Both the position numbers and the translations under genes were made by a program. Shown here piece after piece: positions 20,200-35,775 of a DNA stretch of 64,000 nt. Position 1 is the first letter of the stretch; each line of letters opens with the position of its first letter. The stretch is taken from the NCBI RefSeq assembly GCF_009914755.1, contig NC_060935.1. One strand, 5' to 3'. This DNA comes from the human T2T-CHM13v2.0 reference genome, Homo sapiens. The notes under the pieces are model-generated. The model was given only the letters and a program-made list of their open reading frames with translations. It was not told the DNA's origin and made no database searches.

Positions 20200-21040
20200 A
20201 AGCAACATGGGCACACAGAAGGACATTTAAACAAGGAGGAGGTGATGGTGGTGGTTAAGGTTCTGGGTGACATCATTTTTAAGCTGAGTTTAGCCTAATA
20301 GGCAGGAGTTAGCCAGACAAAGGCATGGCGAAAGCAAATTCCAGGCAAAAAAACAGCATATGCAAAGGAATACAAATGGGATGATGTGTGAAATGGGATG
20401 ATGTGCTTAGAATATTATAAGCAGTTTAGGAGAGCTGAAGCAAAGGGACATGGAAGCAAATGAGTGAAAGGATTCAAAGGGTATGGAACAAGAATTTAGA
20501 ATGATTTCCATAAATCTCATCTGACAAACAGGAAGGTTGGTAGTACCATTTCCTGAGACAGGGAATTCAGGAAAAAACAGATTTAGGGAAAAAGATGATG
20601 AATTTCATTTTGAACATGTTGAGTTTAAGGTGCTTGTTCCTCAACCAAAGAACACAACTGGCATTCAGTTCATAGGTGGGGAGCTGAGCAAAGAATCCAT
20701 GTTAGAAATAGGAATTTCACAAGAGCAATACTTTGACTACCACCTCGTATTCATCCAGGTTTTTACTTTAGTATTTCCACTCCAACAATTTTTCATTAAG
20801 ACCTCCAATTCTTTATGTTCAACCATTTTTTCCATTATAACCCTCTACCTCCATTTCCTCACTTCTTACCCAGCAGATTCCTTGGTCCATCATTATAACC
20901 TTCTAAGTCTATTTACTTCCATCAAATTCACCTAGTGATACCCAACCCCTGGTTAACTAAAATATCTACATTCTATTTTAACCCAGGGAAGCTAAATATT
21001 CCTACTTAAAAGCCATTGCACTTGCTGATCGATCTGCCAT
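20200..21040. mobile_element. L2 fragments
   Basis: ttccaggcaaaaaaacagcatatgcaaagg; tttgaacatgttgagtttaaggtgc. Confidence 0.65.
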
Positions 21041-21327
21041 AAACACTTGCCTTCTGTCAATACTATACAGAAAATGCAATTGGCAAGGAGTTTATGACGA
21101 AGTTCCTCATTTATACCGATAGTCTGTTAATTCATATTTCTATCCACACAGGGTTAACTTTGAACTTAATTAATACACCCTTTAAAGAAGTGTATTTATC
21201 ATCATTCACACACATTCAGTTAACAATAACAATAAAGATCCTAGGTTTCACGGTTATATAATTTCCATGAAGTAAAAGGAATTATTAACATAGACTTAAC
21301 TCCCATTGTGGGCTCAACACTATAGTA

Positions 21328-21612
21328 CAGTCGGCCCTCTGCATTTACAGATTCAACCGACTTTGGATTGAAAATATTTGGAAAAAACAAAAAATAATGT
21401 AACAATAAAAAATAATACAAATTTTAAAAATACAGTATAACAACTATTCACATAGCATTTAATGGTTTTAGGTATTATAAGAAATCGAGATTAATTTAAA
21501 ATATATGGGAGGATGTGCATAGGTTATATGCAAATACGTGGGCATCTGCAAGTTTTGGTATCTGGAGAGGGATCCTGGAACCAGTCCCCCTCAGATATAT
21601 GGAGACGAACTG
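21328..21612. mobile_element. Tigger4/Zombi-type MITE
   Basis: TA|cagtcggccctctgcat...ggagacgaactg|TA terminal inverted repeats with TA duplication. Confidence 0.82.
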
Positions 21613-21788
21613 TATAAACCAGTAGAGGAAAATTATAAAAGAATGAGAATTTATGCTTTACAAATTCAGTTTAACTACTACTTGCTAGTGATTATGAGGA
21701 CATGGAGCTGAGACAGACTTGTCTTCAAGGGATTTAAAACCTTTGAGAATTACATATGAAAAAGAACTACAAAATGGCTAAATGTTAA

Positions 21789-22095
<307 letters not shown>

Positions 22096-22934
22096 AGAAT
22101 TTTTCTTTATGACGTGAAATGAATGAGTACTATAAGAGAGCAGAAAAAGATAAAAATAATTTCTATGAGAAAAGCAGGAAGAGAGTCAAGTAGAAAGTCG
22201 TTATTTCAGTTGAGCCTTTAGGAATGACCACATATGGAAAACGCAATCTAATGCTATAGAGAACAGCATCAGAAATGCAAACATGCAAGACACGAATCAT
22301 AATCAAAAAGATCTCAAAAATCAAATGACTATAAATGAACAAAATTCAGTATCAAGGGAATGAAGAATGAGAAAGTCTTATAAGCAGATGGGAAGTCAGT
22401 TTCACACCCAATTGTAAAGCTTTAACTCAGATTCACATGATGACATTCCCACCACAGCCACAAAACAGGGTAAGAGCATCCTGAGTACGAATTTTTCATG
22501 GCTTTTGAGCTCATTATCTGAATTGATTAAATAATCGAAGGGAGTCAATTTAGAACTGCATGTACCAATCACAAACTAATCAATTAACCAAACAGGAATG
22601 AAATCAGCCCAAAGCCCAAGTTGATTGCCCCAAACTGAAAATAACTAAGTTTTTTCCTGATTATAAAAGTAATGAACACTGATTTTTCAAATCTGAAAAA
22701 ATAAACTTGAGGAAGAAAATAAAAATTAGCAGAAATAGCCATTTTTACAAGTTGAATATTGTTATATATTCTTCCAATCTTTTTCTATAAATATATGTAT
22801 ACAGTTAAAAAACCAGAATCATACTCTACCTGTTTCATAACCACTTCTTAAAAAACAGCATGATGTAAAGACTTATGATCAATCTTAATAGCTGTACAGT
22901 AATCCATTATATGAACAAATCATAAATAATTTAA

Positions 22935-23270
<336 letters not shown>

Positions 23271-23385
23271 TAGTTTTTGAGTTTCTTGGTCAAACAGTTA
23301 TATTTATAAAAACAGCTAATATTTTTAAAATATTTTAAATATTTATAAAAAAATAATAATTCACGACTCATATACTCTTAAAGGT

Positions 23386-23841
23386 TGTATTAGTTTCCTA
23401 AGGCTGCCATGAGAAATTGCTATATTCTGTTGGCTTAAAACAACAGAAATGTATTCTCTCAGCTGTGAGGCTACAAATCTGAAATCAAAGTGCCAGCAAG
23501 GTTGTGCTTCCTCTGAAGATTCTAGGGAAGAATCCTTCCTTGCCTCTTCCTAGTTTCTGGTGGCTCTCAGCAATCCTAGGCATCACTCAAATCTCTGCTT
23601 TTGGCTTCACAGAATGCTCTGTCTTAGCATTCTTCCCTGTGTGTGTGTCTCCTACATCTCTATATCCAAATCTCTCTCTCCTTTCTCTTATAAAAATACC
23701 AGTCACTGGATTTAGGGCACACCCTAATCCAGTATGACATCATCTTAGCTTGATTACATCTGCAAAGACCCTGTTTCTAAAAAAGGTTGCAATCACAGGT
23801 TAGGACTTGTCTTTTTTCAGGACACGGTTCAAGCAACTGTG
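23386..23841 (-). mobile_element. MLT1 (MLT1C-like) solo LTR
   Basis: tgtattagtttcctaaggctgccat...gattacatctgcaaagaccct; 5-bp TSD aaggt/gaggt. Confidence 0.85.
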
Positions 23842-24021
23842 GAGGTTTATCCATAAAAACAGAAATTTATATTAAATTTTAACAACAGAATAAAGCCCAC
23901 TGAATCCTTCCATAAATCTAAGCTATATATGGGGTTTTGGTGTTATTTTTCCTGTGTCTTAAAACATTTTGCCATTTCATCATCTTAGTAATTATTCATC
24001 ATTACTAATTGTTCCTAATTA

Positions 24022-24405
<384 letters not shown>

Positions 24406-24434
24406 TCAACATTATATCAATTTGTTTTCTTATT

Positions 24435-24751
24435 CTCTCTCTTTCTTTTTTTTTTTTTTAAGAGGTGGGGTTTCATTCTGTTGCCCAGGCTGGAGTGTAG
24501 TGTTGTGATCACAGCTCACTGCAGTCTACAACTCCTGGGCTCCAGCAATCTTCTTGCCTTACTCTCCCAAGTAGCTAGGACTACAGGCACATGCCACCAT
24601 GCTTGGTTTTTGGTTTTTTTGTTTGTTTGTTTGTAGAGACTAGGTCCCACTATGTTGCCTAGGATGGTCTTGAACTACTGGCTTCAAGTGATCCTCCTGC
24701 CTCAGCCTCTCAAAGTGTTGAGATTGCAGGCTTAAGCCACTGCGCCAGGCC
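24435..24751 (-). mobile_element. AluJ
   Basis: Diverged dimer with AluJ diagnostics. Confidence 0.88.
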
Positions 24752-24787
24752 TGTGTCATCTTTAAAGAAGGTATAAGAAAAGCCCGG

Positions 24788-25149
<362 letters not shown>

Positions 25150-25263
25150 TCAGATCTTTATTTTTCACTCACACTAACAAAGAGAATTAAAATGATAAAG
25201 GTATTTCATAGTTATTAGACAAATCAGAACATGAATGCAAAGAGGCAGCAACAATCTCCTCCC

Positions 25264-25535
25264 CTTTTTGTTGCCCATGCTGGAGTGCAGTGGCATAATC
25301 ATAGCTTACTGCAGCCTCAATCTCCTGGGCTTAAGCGCCCTCCTGCCTTAGCATCGCAAGTAGTTTGGAATACTGGTATGTGCCACTACATCCAGCTAAT
25401 TTTTTTTTTTTTTTTTTTGGTAGAGATAAGGTTTCGTGTGTTGCCCAAGCTGGTCTCAAACTTCTGGTCTCAAGTGATCCTTCCACCTCAGCCTCCCAAA
25501 GCACTGGGATTATAGGCATGAGCCACTGTGCCTGG
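25264..25535 (-). mobile_element. AluJ
   Basis: Diverged dimer; flanking repeat about caatct(c/a)ct. Confidence 0.85.
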
Positions 25536-26255
25536 TTGACAATCTACTCTCTAATGATGATGGTAAAATTGGTTGTGTAAGTGAAATCTCAGACAAAGAG
25601 CTTTCAGATAATGATACCTATCTAAGTGAATTTTCTCAAACATAAGAACTGTTAAGTGAAAAATACATTTCAAGTCAAAAAACAAATTCAGTACTTCCAT
25701 CCAATGAGTCATTCCACAAGAAGGATTTCATTATGTAATAATTTATAAGAATTTGGACCATCCCATTTTCTAAAAGGATATGTGGCAATATTCCTTCATC
25801 ATTTATGATATTTGTACACCAAAATTTACTTACTAAGGTTAATAAGTGAACAAATGCTGAAGCAAGTATTTTATAAAGGTGTTTAGGAAAAAAAAAGATG
25901 ATGTAGAAACAGAAGAATTCATTAATTTGATCATTCTAATTGGTGTACAATCTAAAAATAAAAATGTTTTGCAATTATGGGGCAAAAAAGATGGCCACTC
26001 TTCCTTCAACAAAATTATAAGGGGACAAAATACTCAAAAGCATTTTTTTTATAATGTAAGTATAAGTTTCAGAAGTAATAATAAGTTAGAGCCTATTAAA
26101 GATGTATTAAAAATCTGGAATCAGTATTCAAAGGACAGCATATGTTCCAGGTTCATGCATGGCAGTATTCAGCAGTTTGCTGAATTCAATAGGCTATGCC
26201 CATCTGGAGTACTTTCAAAACCCAGAAAAGTGAAAATGAAAATCTGAGTTTGCCA

Positions 26256-27300
26256 ACATCAAGGATGTGAAAAGAAAATCCACCAAACAGGGAAAAAATA
26301 TTTGCAAATCATATATTTAATAAAGGACTTGTATGCAGAATATATAAAGAACTCTCAAAACTCAATAAAAAGACAATCCAATTTTAAAAATAACTCAAGG
26401 ACTTACATAGACATTTCTCCAAATAAAATACATACAAATGGCCAACAGGCACATGGAAAGACGCTCCACACCTTTTCATGTGCTCATTGACTTTAATGAT
26501 GAAAACCCATCATTAGTAGTCAGGGGAATGCAAGTCAAAACCATAATGAGATACTACTTTACATTTGTCAGAACAGCTACAATAAAAAGACAATAATAAG
26601 CATTTGCAAGGATGTGGAGAAACTGGAATGCTTTTGCTATTGCTGGTGGGACTGTAAAATGGTCCAGCCTCTGTGGAAAACAGACTAGCAATTCCTCACA
26701 CAGTTAAACATAGTTACTGCATGACCCATTAATTTCGCTCCTAGGTATCTACCAAAGAGAAATGACAACATGTCCACACAAAAACTTCCACCCAAATGTT
26801 CACAGCAACATTACTTACAAGAGCCAAAAGTAGAAACAACCCAAATGCTCATTATCTGATAAATGAAGCAAAATATTATATGCCCATGTAATGGAATGCT
26901 ATTTGGGAATAAAAAGGAATGAAGTACTGATACATGCTGCAAGTTGGATGAACTTTGAAAACATTTGCTAAATGAAATAAACCAGTCACAAAATACAATT
27001 TACTGTGTGATTCTATCTATATATGATAAATATTCCAGAATAGGTAAACTCATAGAGAGAGAACTTAATTAGTGGTTGCCCAGGGGTGGGGGCAAAGAAG
27101 AGGATAGGGAGTGAATGCTAATGGAAAAAATTTGTCTTTTGGGAGTGATAAAACCTTAAAATTATAAATATTGGAAAGTATTCTAAAATTATGTCAGTGA
27201 TACTTGAATATCTTCAAAATATGCTAAAACCCACTGAATTGCACACTTCAAATTGGTGAATTTTAGGGCATATACGTTCTCTCTCAATATAACAATTTAA
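26256..27300 (+). mobile_element. L1MB-type 3' end inserted in the Looper
   Basis: atatttgcaaatcatat...aaggacttgtat...ccactgaattgcacacttcaaattggtgaatttta. Confidence 0.85.
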
Positions 27301-27959
27301 TTTTTTTGACTTGCTATGTTTAAATTCTTCTGAAAATTTCTAATAAAGTTGATCTTCACTGTCCCTTTATTTATACTTCTGTGTATTAACTACAAGATGG
27401 CTTTAAAATATTTTTTAAAAATAAGGCCCATTAGCCCCAGATGATAAATGATGATGACTATTTTTCTTGGTATACTTAGGTTTAACAAATCTTGAATGGA
27501 CATTTAGATTATTAGTAATTTTTCACTATTATAAATAAAAGTTGCTTTCAACATTTTTGTTTAGGCTTCTCTGCAGAGTTGTCAGATCATTTCCTTAAGA
27601 AAAATTTCTAGAAATGAAATTCTGGGTAAAAAGGTATTCCTCTAGAAAAACTGTACTAATTTATTCCAACAACAGTCAAGAGAAAAGCATCAGTTTTAAC
27701 CTAAAATATGCTTGACTTCATGGCTAAGCATTAAAATGCCCAAGAAGGAAACAAATCCCTCTAATAATAATAAACATTCTTTCTTTTTAGGCTGAGCCTT
27801 TCTCCAATTCTGACTTTAACTGATGAGAAATGGAATACTTCATTATGTGACATTTCTTAATTGCAGGTTTTACAATTTAAATCTCTCTTGGAATGAACTT
27901 ACCACTTATAAATTATATTCATAAGCAAAATGCAATGAAAACTCACTTAGCTTTCTCTA

Positions 27960-29570
27960 GTTTAAAAAAAAAAACTCTGTCTACTGAAAGGTTTAAAAGC
28001 AATAATCTCTCAGTAACAGCAAACATATCCAGTGACCCAATTTTGGCTTCTAAATACCATCTTCTAATAAAAGGAACTAGGGCTCTTTGGAGAAATAACT
28101 AATTTTTAGGACTAGGGAAGGGAAAATAAAAAATAAGCCTGGGAAATCTGCCAAAACTTGGAAACAACCAAAAGATGTCTTTCAACAGGTGAACTGATAA
28201 ATTGTGTTACCTCCAGGCAACAGAATATTATTTAGCACTACAACAAATGAGCTATCCAGCCATGAAAAGTCCTGGAGGAACTTTAAATTCATATTACTAA
28301 GCAAAAGAAGCCAATCTAAAAGGGCTCTATGGTGTATGATTCCAACTACGTGACATTCTGGAAAAGGCAAAACTATGGAGATGGTAAAACGATCAATGGT
28401 TACCAGTGGTTAGGAAGGAAGAATGGCTAGGCAGAGCATAGAAAAGTTCTAGGGCAGCAAAAACTATTCTGTATGTTACTATAATGGTGAACGTATGTCA
28501 TCTGTCCAAAAGCATAGAATGCAGACAACTAGGAGTGAATGCTCGTAAAAGCTATGGACTTTGGAGGAATAATAATATGTCAGTGTAACTTTACTGACTA
28601 TAAAAAAAATAAAAACAAATAAAGGTGGTGAATGAATGTCAAACAACAAACAAAGCTGAGGCATCTTGCAGTAGCAGAGAATAAGGAATTAGTCAAAGTA
28701 CAGGGGCGTATCAAAGGGGCGTAAGAATCAATCTGAATGAGTTCCCAACAACAAAAACTAAAACAGTTTTAAGCATCAAAGTAAATAACACAGCACTGAA
28801 TTATAACCCAAACTATGAAATATACAAGTCTATTAAGATATAAATGATTACACAAATAAAAAATAAAGAAGGATAAAGAGACAACAAATTTTCATATAGA
28901 ATTCCAAACATTCTCCCTCCTGCGGGTAGTTCTTAACTCCATCTCCCTCTTCCCAAACCCCCATCCCCAGTGAGGGGAGACTAGACTTAGTGACTCACTT
29001 CCAAAAATTAGAGTAAGAAAAGGGAAAAAATAGTGTATTTTCAGTAAAGAAACTTGGCAAACACTACCTTATCCAAGTAATGAAGGTTAACATCATCATA
29101 TGGATATCACGTATCCACTGATACAATGTGACGGGACAAGCCTTCGCCTCTGTGGTATTCTTTCAAAATACCCAAATAACCCTAGTCTAATCATGAGAAA
29201 AATGTCAGACACACCCAGATTAGAGTACATTCCACAGGTCGTAAAAAAGAAAAATTGAGAAACTGTAATAGAATGGAAGAGACTGGGGAAACATGACAAC
29301 TAAGTTTTATGTGGTACCCTGAATTGGATCCTGGAAAAAGAATAAGGGTATTGATGGAAAAGCTGGTGAAATCCAAATAAAGTCTAGAGCTTCATTAATA
29401 GTAATGTGATAACATTTAATTCTTGGTTTTGACAAATGTATCATGGTCATGGAAGATGTTTACAATGGGGGAAACTGGATAGAGAATACACAAAACTATG
29501 CATTATCTTTTCAACTTTCTATATATTAAAAATTATTCCAACATAGAATATTTACTTTAAAAAAAGCTTT
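27960..29570 (+). mobile_element. L1MC/L1MD 3'UTR fragments
   Basis: gccaaaacttggaaacaacc...; aaacttggcaaacactacctt...gtggtaccctgaattggatcctggaa. Confidence 0.75.
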
Positions 29571-29953
29571 AAAATGGAACCATAAACCCACTAAAGCAAC
29601 AGAGATATCCTTTTGGAAAATGTTAACTGTCTAAATTTAACTACCATTTTCTCCATTTTAAAAGTCTGTTAATACTCTGGTTTCTCTTCAGATTGCATAA
29701 ATCTTTTGCCTTTTACAAAGTCTGTTAAATTGAATTCAAGAAAAAACAAAGCTGAGGGAAAAAGGACTAACAATTTCTTATTGGAGAATAAATCATGCTT
29801 TAATCAAAAACATTATGTTCTGCATATTAATAGTCCTAGAACTGTGCATATTAAACTAGGAACATTTGAATGACAGTAGTACAAATACTTCATGGCACAC
29901 TAAAAAATACAAAACCTAGTATTCTACCAATTTAATCTTCCGTCAAGTTTCAC

Positions 29954-29968
29954 AGAACACTGTGTTCT
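29954..29968. promoter_or_regulatory. Perfect palindromic steroid hormone response element AGAACAnnnTGTTCT (GRE/ARE/PRE consensus)
   Basis: AGAACA-ctg-TGTTCT inside the 21-bp palindrome CACAGAACAC-T-GTGTTCTGTG (29951-29971). Motif match only; function untested. Confidence 0.45.
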
Positions 29969-31104
29969 GTGGTTCACTGTGCTTTACTGGGAAAGAGGCA
30001 TATTTAATACACTAGTGGTATTATAATAGAGAAACAAACATTTGCTAAGTTTATATATTTCACATATGACACTTCTGAGGGATGAGACACCTTGCTTCTA
30101 ACTTTATAAATAATAGAAATGAATACTAAAAGGCTGTTAAGAAAGGTTATCCAAACCTTGAATATAAGGCCAAAAGCTGTAGCCTTAAAAAGGTGATGTC
30201 CTTTCAAGGTATTACACAATGAGGGGACAAAGGCCCATTCGACGATTACTTAATTACTTAGGGAAAGGGAAATGTACTTGTTCCATTAGTCTATTTAATA
30301 TTGAATTAAATAACCCGTATTAAGTGAAGTTACACGCTAATTTACAGATCTTTCCCAGCAGAGTTGCAAATAACTCTACCAGGTAGAAGAGATAATCCCA
30401 AAGTTTAGGGTGTGTTGGTCCTGTAGGACATTAACCAGTTTATAACTGACCTAGCACTCTTATTCCAACTATTAAAATGTCTATAAATACAGAGGTCTTC
30501 AGATGCTCTTTGAAACAGTTTTCTATTTTACTTGTTTCCTCTGTAATATAATCAACTGAATGAAAACTTTGATACAAATTCATTTTGTATTTGAATGAGT
30601 CATGTTTTTAATTTTTTTAAATTATAATTCCGTAGGCATAAGAACATTCCATGACAGGCTTGACACGGCCTTTCCTACATCCAGATCTGCAAATCCTATA
30701 ATCTCACCATGTTATTATGACACTTTTTCTGCATAGTATTCTGCTAATATTGCCAGTCATTTGGTTATTGGAACTATCAAATAACATATTTTTGTTTCAA
30801 AGATAAATCAGAAAAGAACATGTTACTTTCAAGACCATCTTTATTCCACCACTGACTTTCCATTCTTCTAGCAAAGTACAAAAGTAAATATGCAAACTAT
30901 TCTATTACATTTTCCTTGAGTTTTCTCATCTGTGCATTTTTAAAACAATGGAAAACACCAAAAGATTCCCTTCCTTTCAAGTGAGCTATTTCCAGAAAAG
31001 ATTTTTTTAAGTCCTAATCTCTATAATGAGAAAATATTTAAAGAAAAAGATACATAAAGAAAACTCAGTACTTGATGAGTCTGCATTAACAAATTACCCC
31101 CAGA

Positions 31105-31520
31105 GGCCAGGCTCAGTGGCTCCTGCTTGTAATCCCAGTGCTTTGGGAGGCTGAGGCGGAAGAACCACTTGAGTCAAGAGTTTGAGACCAGCCTAGGACA
31201 CATGGTGAGAACCCACCTCTACAAAAAATTTTAAAAATTAGCTAAGTGTGCTGGCACATGCCTTGAGTTCCAGTTACTTGGGAGGCCTAAGGCAGGAAGA
31301 TCACTTGAGCCTAGAGTTTGAGATCAGCCTTGGTACATAGCAAGACCCCATCTCTACAAACAATTAGCCAGGTTTGGTGGTATATACCTGTAGTCCCAGC
31401 TACTCAGAAGGCTGAGGCAGGAGAATCACTTGAGCCCAGGAGTTTGTGAGCTATGACTGTGCAACTACACTCCAGCCTGGGCAATAAGCGAGATCCCACC
31501 TCTAAAAAAAATAAAAATAA
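31105..31520 (+). mobile_element. Three-armed AluJ
   Basis: Three consecutive Alu arms; one flanking repeat aattaccc(c/a)caga. Confidence 0.85.
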
Positions 31521-32090
31521 ATGGGAATTACCCACAGAATTACAGAATATAAGATTTAGACAGGATTTTAAAGGTCTTCTTTCTCAATCCCGTTTTAAAG
31601 AAAAGGTAGGCCCCAAGGAATACAGTGACTTTCCAGAGGTCTGACAGTTGCTAAAATTCATTTGATCTGACTTAAAAGATGTAATTTGCTGTACACCTCT
31701 CAAAATGTAGGTATGAGTTAATTTTATTTAAACCAATTACTGAAAAAAAAATTATTCCGTCTGTTTCAAATACTACTCTCTTTAAAATGAAATAGACTAA
31801 TACCCGGTTCAGGTATAAACTATAAATTGCCTTTACTTCCATAAATATGATTAATTTAAATAAATTCTGATTACATGTTTGGGATTCAAGCAAGAAAAAT
31901 TAGTAAAAAGAAAAAAATGACAACTTTGTATTTTCAGTGTTACATTTTTCACTAAAAACAAAAGTCTGTACTACAAGTAAGAAGCTTAAATATTTTGGAA
32001 AATTCAAGTGAACTAATGATAAAGACTAATTTCAACTTTTAGGTTTGAGCATGGGAAGGGAAGCACTCTCAACCAAACCATAATATATCA

Positions 32091-32243
<153 letters not shown>

Positions 32244-32974
32244 CTATTAAATGTTTTGCTTTGCATTTCACATTCATATACATGTCACAACTAAAAATCA
32301 CAATGCAATTAAATCTATGTGAAGGCAGGTTGTTCTCAGGAAAATAAAGGTAGTTACACATCTAAGACAAAACGCCAGCTTGGAAAGTGCTAATAAAGGC
32401 AAGGAAGTTTGTTCCATATTTTCAAAACATACAATAACCAAAGGACCAAAGTACCTTTGTCACAAAATATACTTCCCCCTAAAAAGTGATTCTGATTAAG
32501 AGGCAATCTAAGGCAAGAAATTATGAATTAATTTTTAATGTGAAGAATTACATAACCTCAAAAGGTTGACTTATGATTGAGACTTAATTATCTCAAGAGA
32601 ATAGCCTCTGGAACATGCGAGGTCATATTTATTATTAAAATATTAATAGTAATGCTTTTAACACAGATTTTTATAAACACATTATGAACTTTCAAAAACA
32701 GTATTTCATTTAATTGTCACCATAACTAGGTAGCAGGAAAAGCATGACTCTATCTTTAAAAGATACACTGAGCAACAAAACCTTTATGAACTTACAATAT
32801 AGAAAGGGTGATTATTCCATCTGAAATGAGTAGGAAACAAGCCATTCAACATTTGTTAAGAGTTAAGCTAAAACAAACTACCTGGAGGCTAAACACAAAC
32901 AGTATAATAAAGAAAGCTTCTGAATCAAGTTATGAGTATCATATCCTTTTCTGGGGAAGAAAGTTACACTTGTT

Positions 32975-33102
32975 TTTGTTGATTTAAACACAGGGTCTCA
33001 TTATGTTGCCCAGGCTGGTCTTGATCTTCTGGGATCAAGAAATCCTCCCACTTCAGCCTCCCAAAGTGCTGGGATTTATAGGCATGAGTCCCTGAGCCCA
33101 GC
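32975..33102 (-). mobile_element. FLAM_C / Alu left monomer
   Basis: cagggtctcattatgttgcccaggctgg...gagcccagc. Confidence 0.82.
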
Positions 33103-33724
33103 TTCTTGTATTTTAAACTGTGCACTTATTTGAAAATGTTTTAGTGTAAAGGTGTAGTCACTGTAAAAGCAATATAGCCAATTTAAAATATGTAATGGAG
33201 AATGTAAGACTCTTTTAACAGGCTTAGTACCAAATATTAAATTATGGCAACACAGGAAATAAAGTTATTTAATTTCATTGGTTGTTCTAAAAATACTGCA
33301 TATCATGTATCGGTATCTGTGGATAAATAAAAAATGTACTGTAAAAATTATCAGTTGAATCTTTTATTTTTATAATAACTGCCTTTTTTTTTCAAACTTA
33401 CTTTGATACTAGTCAGAGATCGATGAATGCCTTTTTTATGAAAAAGTCCATCTTTAAATCTCATTATCAATGAAAGGGTATTGCTTCCAAAGATATTTAG
33501 TACTCAAGACTAAATACTTGATCTGATATATGTTAAGATTTTAAAATAAAAGATCTGTTCTCTGATATTTCTTCATTATTTACTAAAGAATTGCTTTCCG
33601 AAATGAGGTCCAACAAATTTATAAGACTACCATACTTTCTCCTTTCCTTCACCACTTTAGTCTATAATTTGTACTAATTTAACTTCACTTCAGATGGTTT
33701 CTCTCATTTCTTGTATTTATATAA

Positions 33725-34043
<319 letters not shown>

Positions 34044-34338
34044 TATGACTAGATTTTAGATTTTCATTTATCAGCACTTGTACAGAATGATTTCTGATTT
34101 TTCTTACATTTCTTTAATTCAACTTATTTAAAACATACCACTACTTCATTATGCTTTCCAATGTCATGTTAGCGTTTACGTAACAAACTGATACTACCTT
34201 ACTATAAATTACTTTTCTTTTATATTACAATTAAAGTATTATACTGATTTTTTAAACTTCCCTTTGTATTATCACCTATATATTTTATCTCAGAATATTA
34301 AAGAGGGTATATAAAATATTGGTTGTAAAAAGTAATTA

Positions 34339-35324
34339 CAAAAAGTGATATCAGCAAATATGGCAGGATAGGTAGCTCCAAAGGACTGTCCTGCCACAGA
34401 AAAATAAAAGAAAAAAAATGAACAAAACTGTGAGAATCAATTGTGGGAACTCTCGAAGAGAGTTAAAGGTTTATAGCAATCAAGCAAATGCTGAGCCAAA
34501 AAAAAGGCAAATTAAAAATGGTAGACTCCACCCAACAGCAGCAGAATATACGTTTTTTTCAAGTGCACAGGGACCATTCTCCAGAGTAGACCATATAATA
34601 GGCCATAAAACAGTCTCAATAAATCTTAAAAAACTAAAATCACACAAGGTATCTTCTTTGATAACTATGGAACGAAACTAGAAATGTACAATAAGGGGTT
34701 GCGGTTACTAGGGAAAAAAGTTTGGTGGTTCCTTAAAAAGTTAAAATTGAGTTACTAAATGGCACAGTAATTCCATTCCTAGGTACATACCAAAAAGAAT
34801 TAAAATGAGGTACATAAACAAACACTTGCACACAACTGTTCAAAACAGCACCATTCACAACAGCCAAAAGGTAAAACCACCTAAATATCCATCAATGGAA
34901 AAATGAATAAACAAAATATGATATATACATAGAATGGAATATCATTCAGCCATAAGGAATGTATATACCTATATATTAAAATTAAATGTTTTAGCATGTA
35001 CTTATGTATGTTAAAACATAGATGAACAATGAAAACATGCTAAGTGAAAGAAGACAGACTTAAAAGGCTATGTATGATTACATTTATATGAAACATACAG
35101 AATAGGTAAATCCATAGAGACAGATGGATGAGAGTCATGGTTTGTGTAGAGGGGAAAATGGGATGTAACTACTAAATGGGCACAGGGTTTTCTTCTGGGG
35201 TGGTAAAAATGTTTGGAACTTAACAGAGGTGGCAGTTGTAAAATACTATGAATGTACTAAATGCCACTGAAATGTACCTTTTAAAATGCTTAATTTTATG
35301 ACATAAATTTCACCTCAATTCTTG
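34339..35324 (+). mobile_element. About 1-kb internally deleted L1M (5' end + endonuclease fragment + 3'UTR)
   Basis: aatatggc 5' start; LHPTAAEYTFFSSAQGPFSRVDHIIGHK endonuclease peptide; L1MB-like 3'UTR; flanking direct repeat AAAGTAATTA. Confidence 0.8.
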
Positions 35325-35419
35325 AAAGTAATTATTGAATCTTAGTAGCTTCAAAAACTACCAAACTAGGATTGCAAATTTAAGATTTAGGATTGTAATC
35401 TTAAATTTGTAATCTTACG

Positions 35420-35775
35420 TACTTATGGTAGTGATAAAGAAACAATACAATATATGAATTAAACACCCAACTTTGTGACTTTATCAGTGGGGAAGGATTT
35501 CTTTAACAAAAGCTCCAAATTGCCAACGATAAAAGGAAAAACTGATGAATTTATATATGTTAAAATTAAGAATTTCTATTTAATAAAGGAAGATATAGGC
35601 AAAGTTAACAGACAAATGACAGATTATGAATGAAATATTTGCAACATCTAAAACCGCCAAGTGATTAATGGACAGAATATATAAGGAACTCCTGCCAAGA
35701 AAACAAAAAAAGAGAAAATAATCTGCTCCCCAAATGAGAAAGAAGATATACAGAAATGAAGACTCAAATGGCTAA
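35420..35775 (+). mobile_element. L1M ORF2-end fragment
   Basis: aaatatttgcaacat...agaatatataaggaactcc. Confidence 0.65.

Noticed and set aside
20537-20935. 132-aa ORF
   Set aside because: Overlaps decayed L2 fragments; TTG start; no protein family recognisable.
25879-26247. Possible domesticated piggyBac (PGBD-like) gene
   Set aside because: GTG start, frame corrupted through the catalytic region, and the element is riddled with insertions; a neutral fossil.
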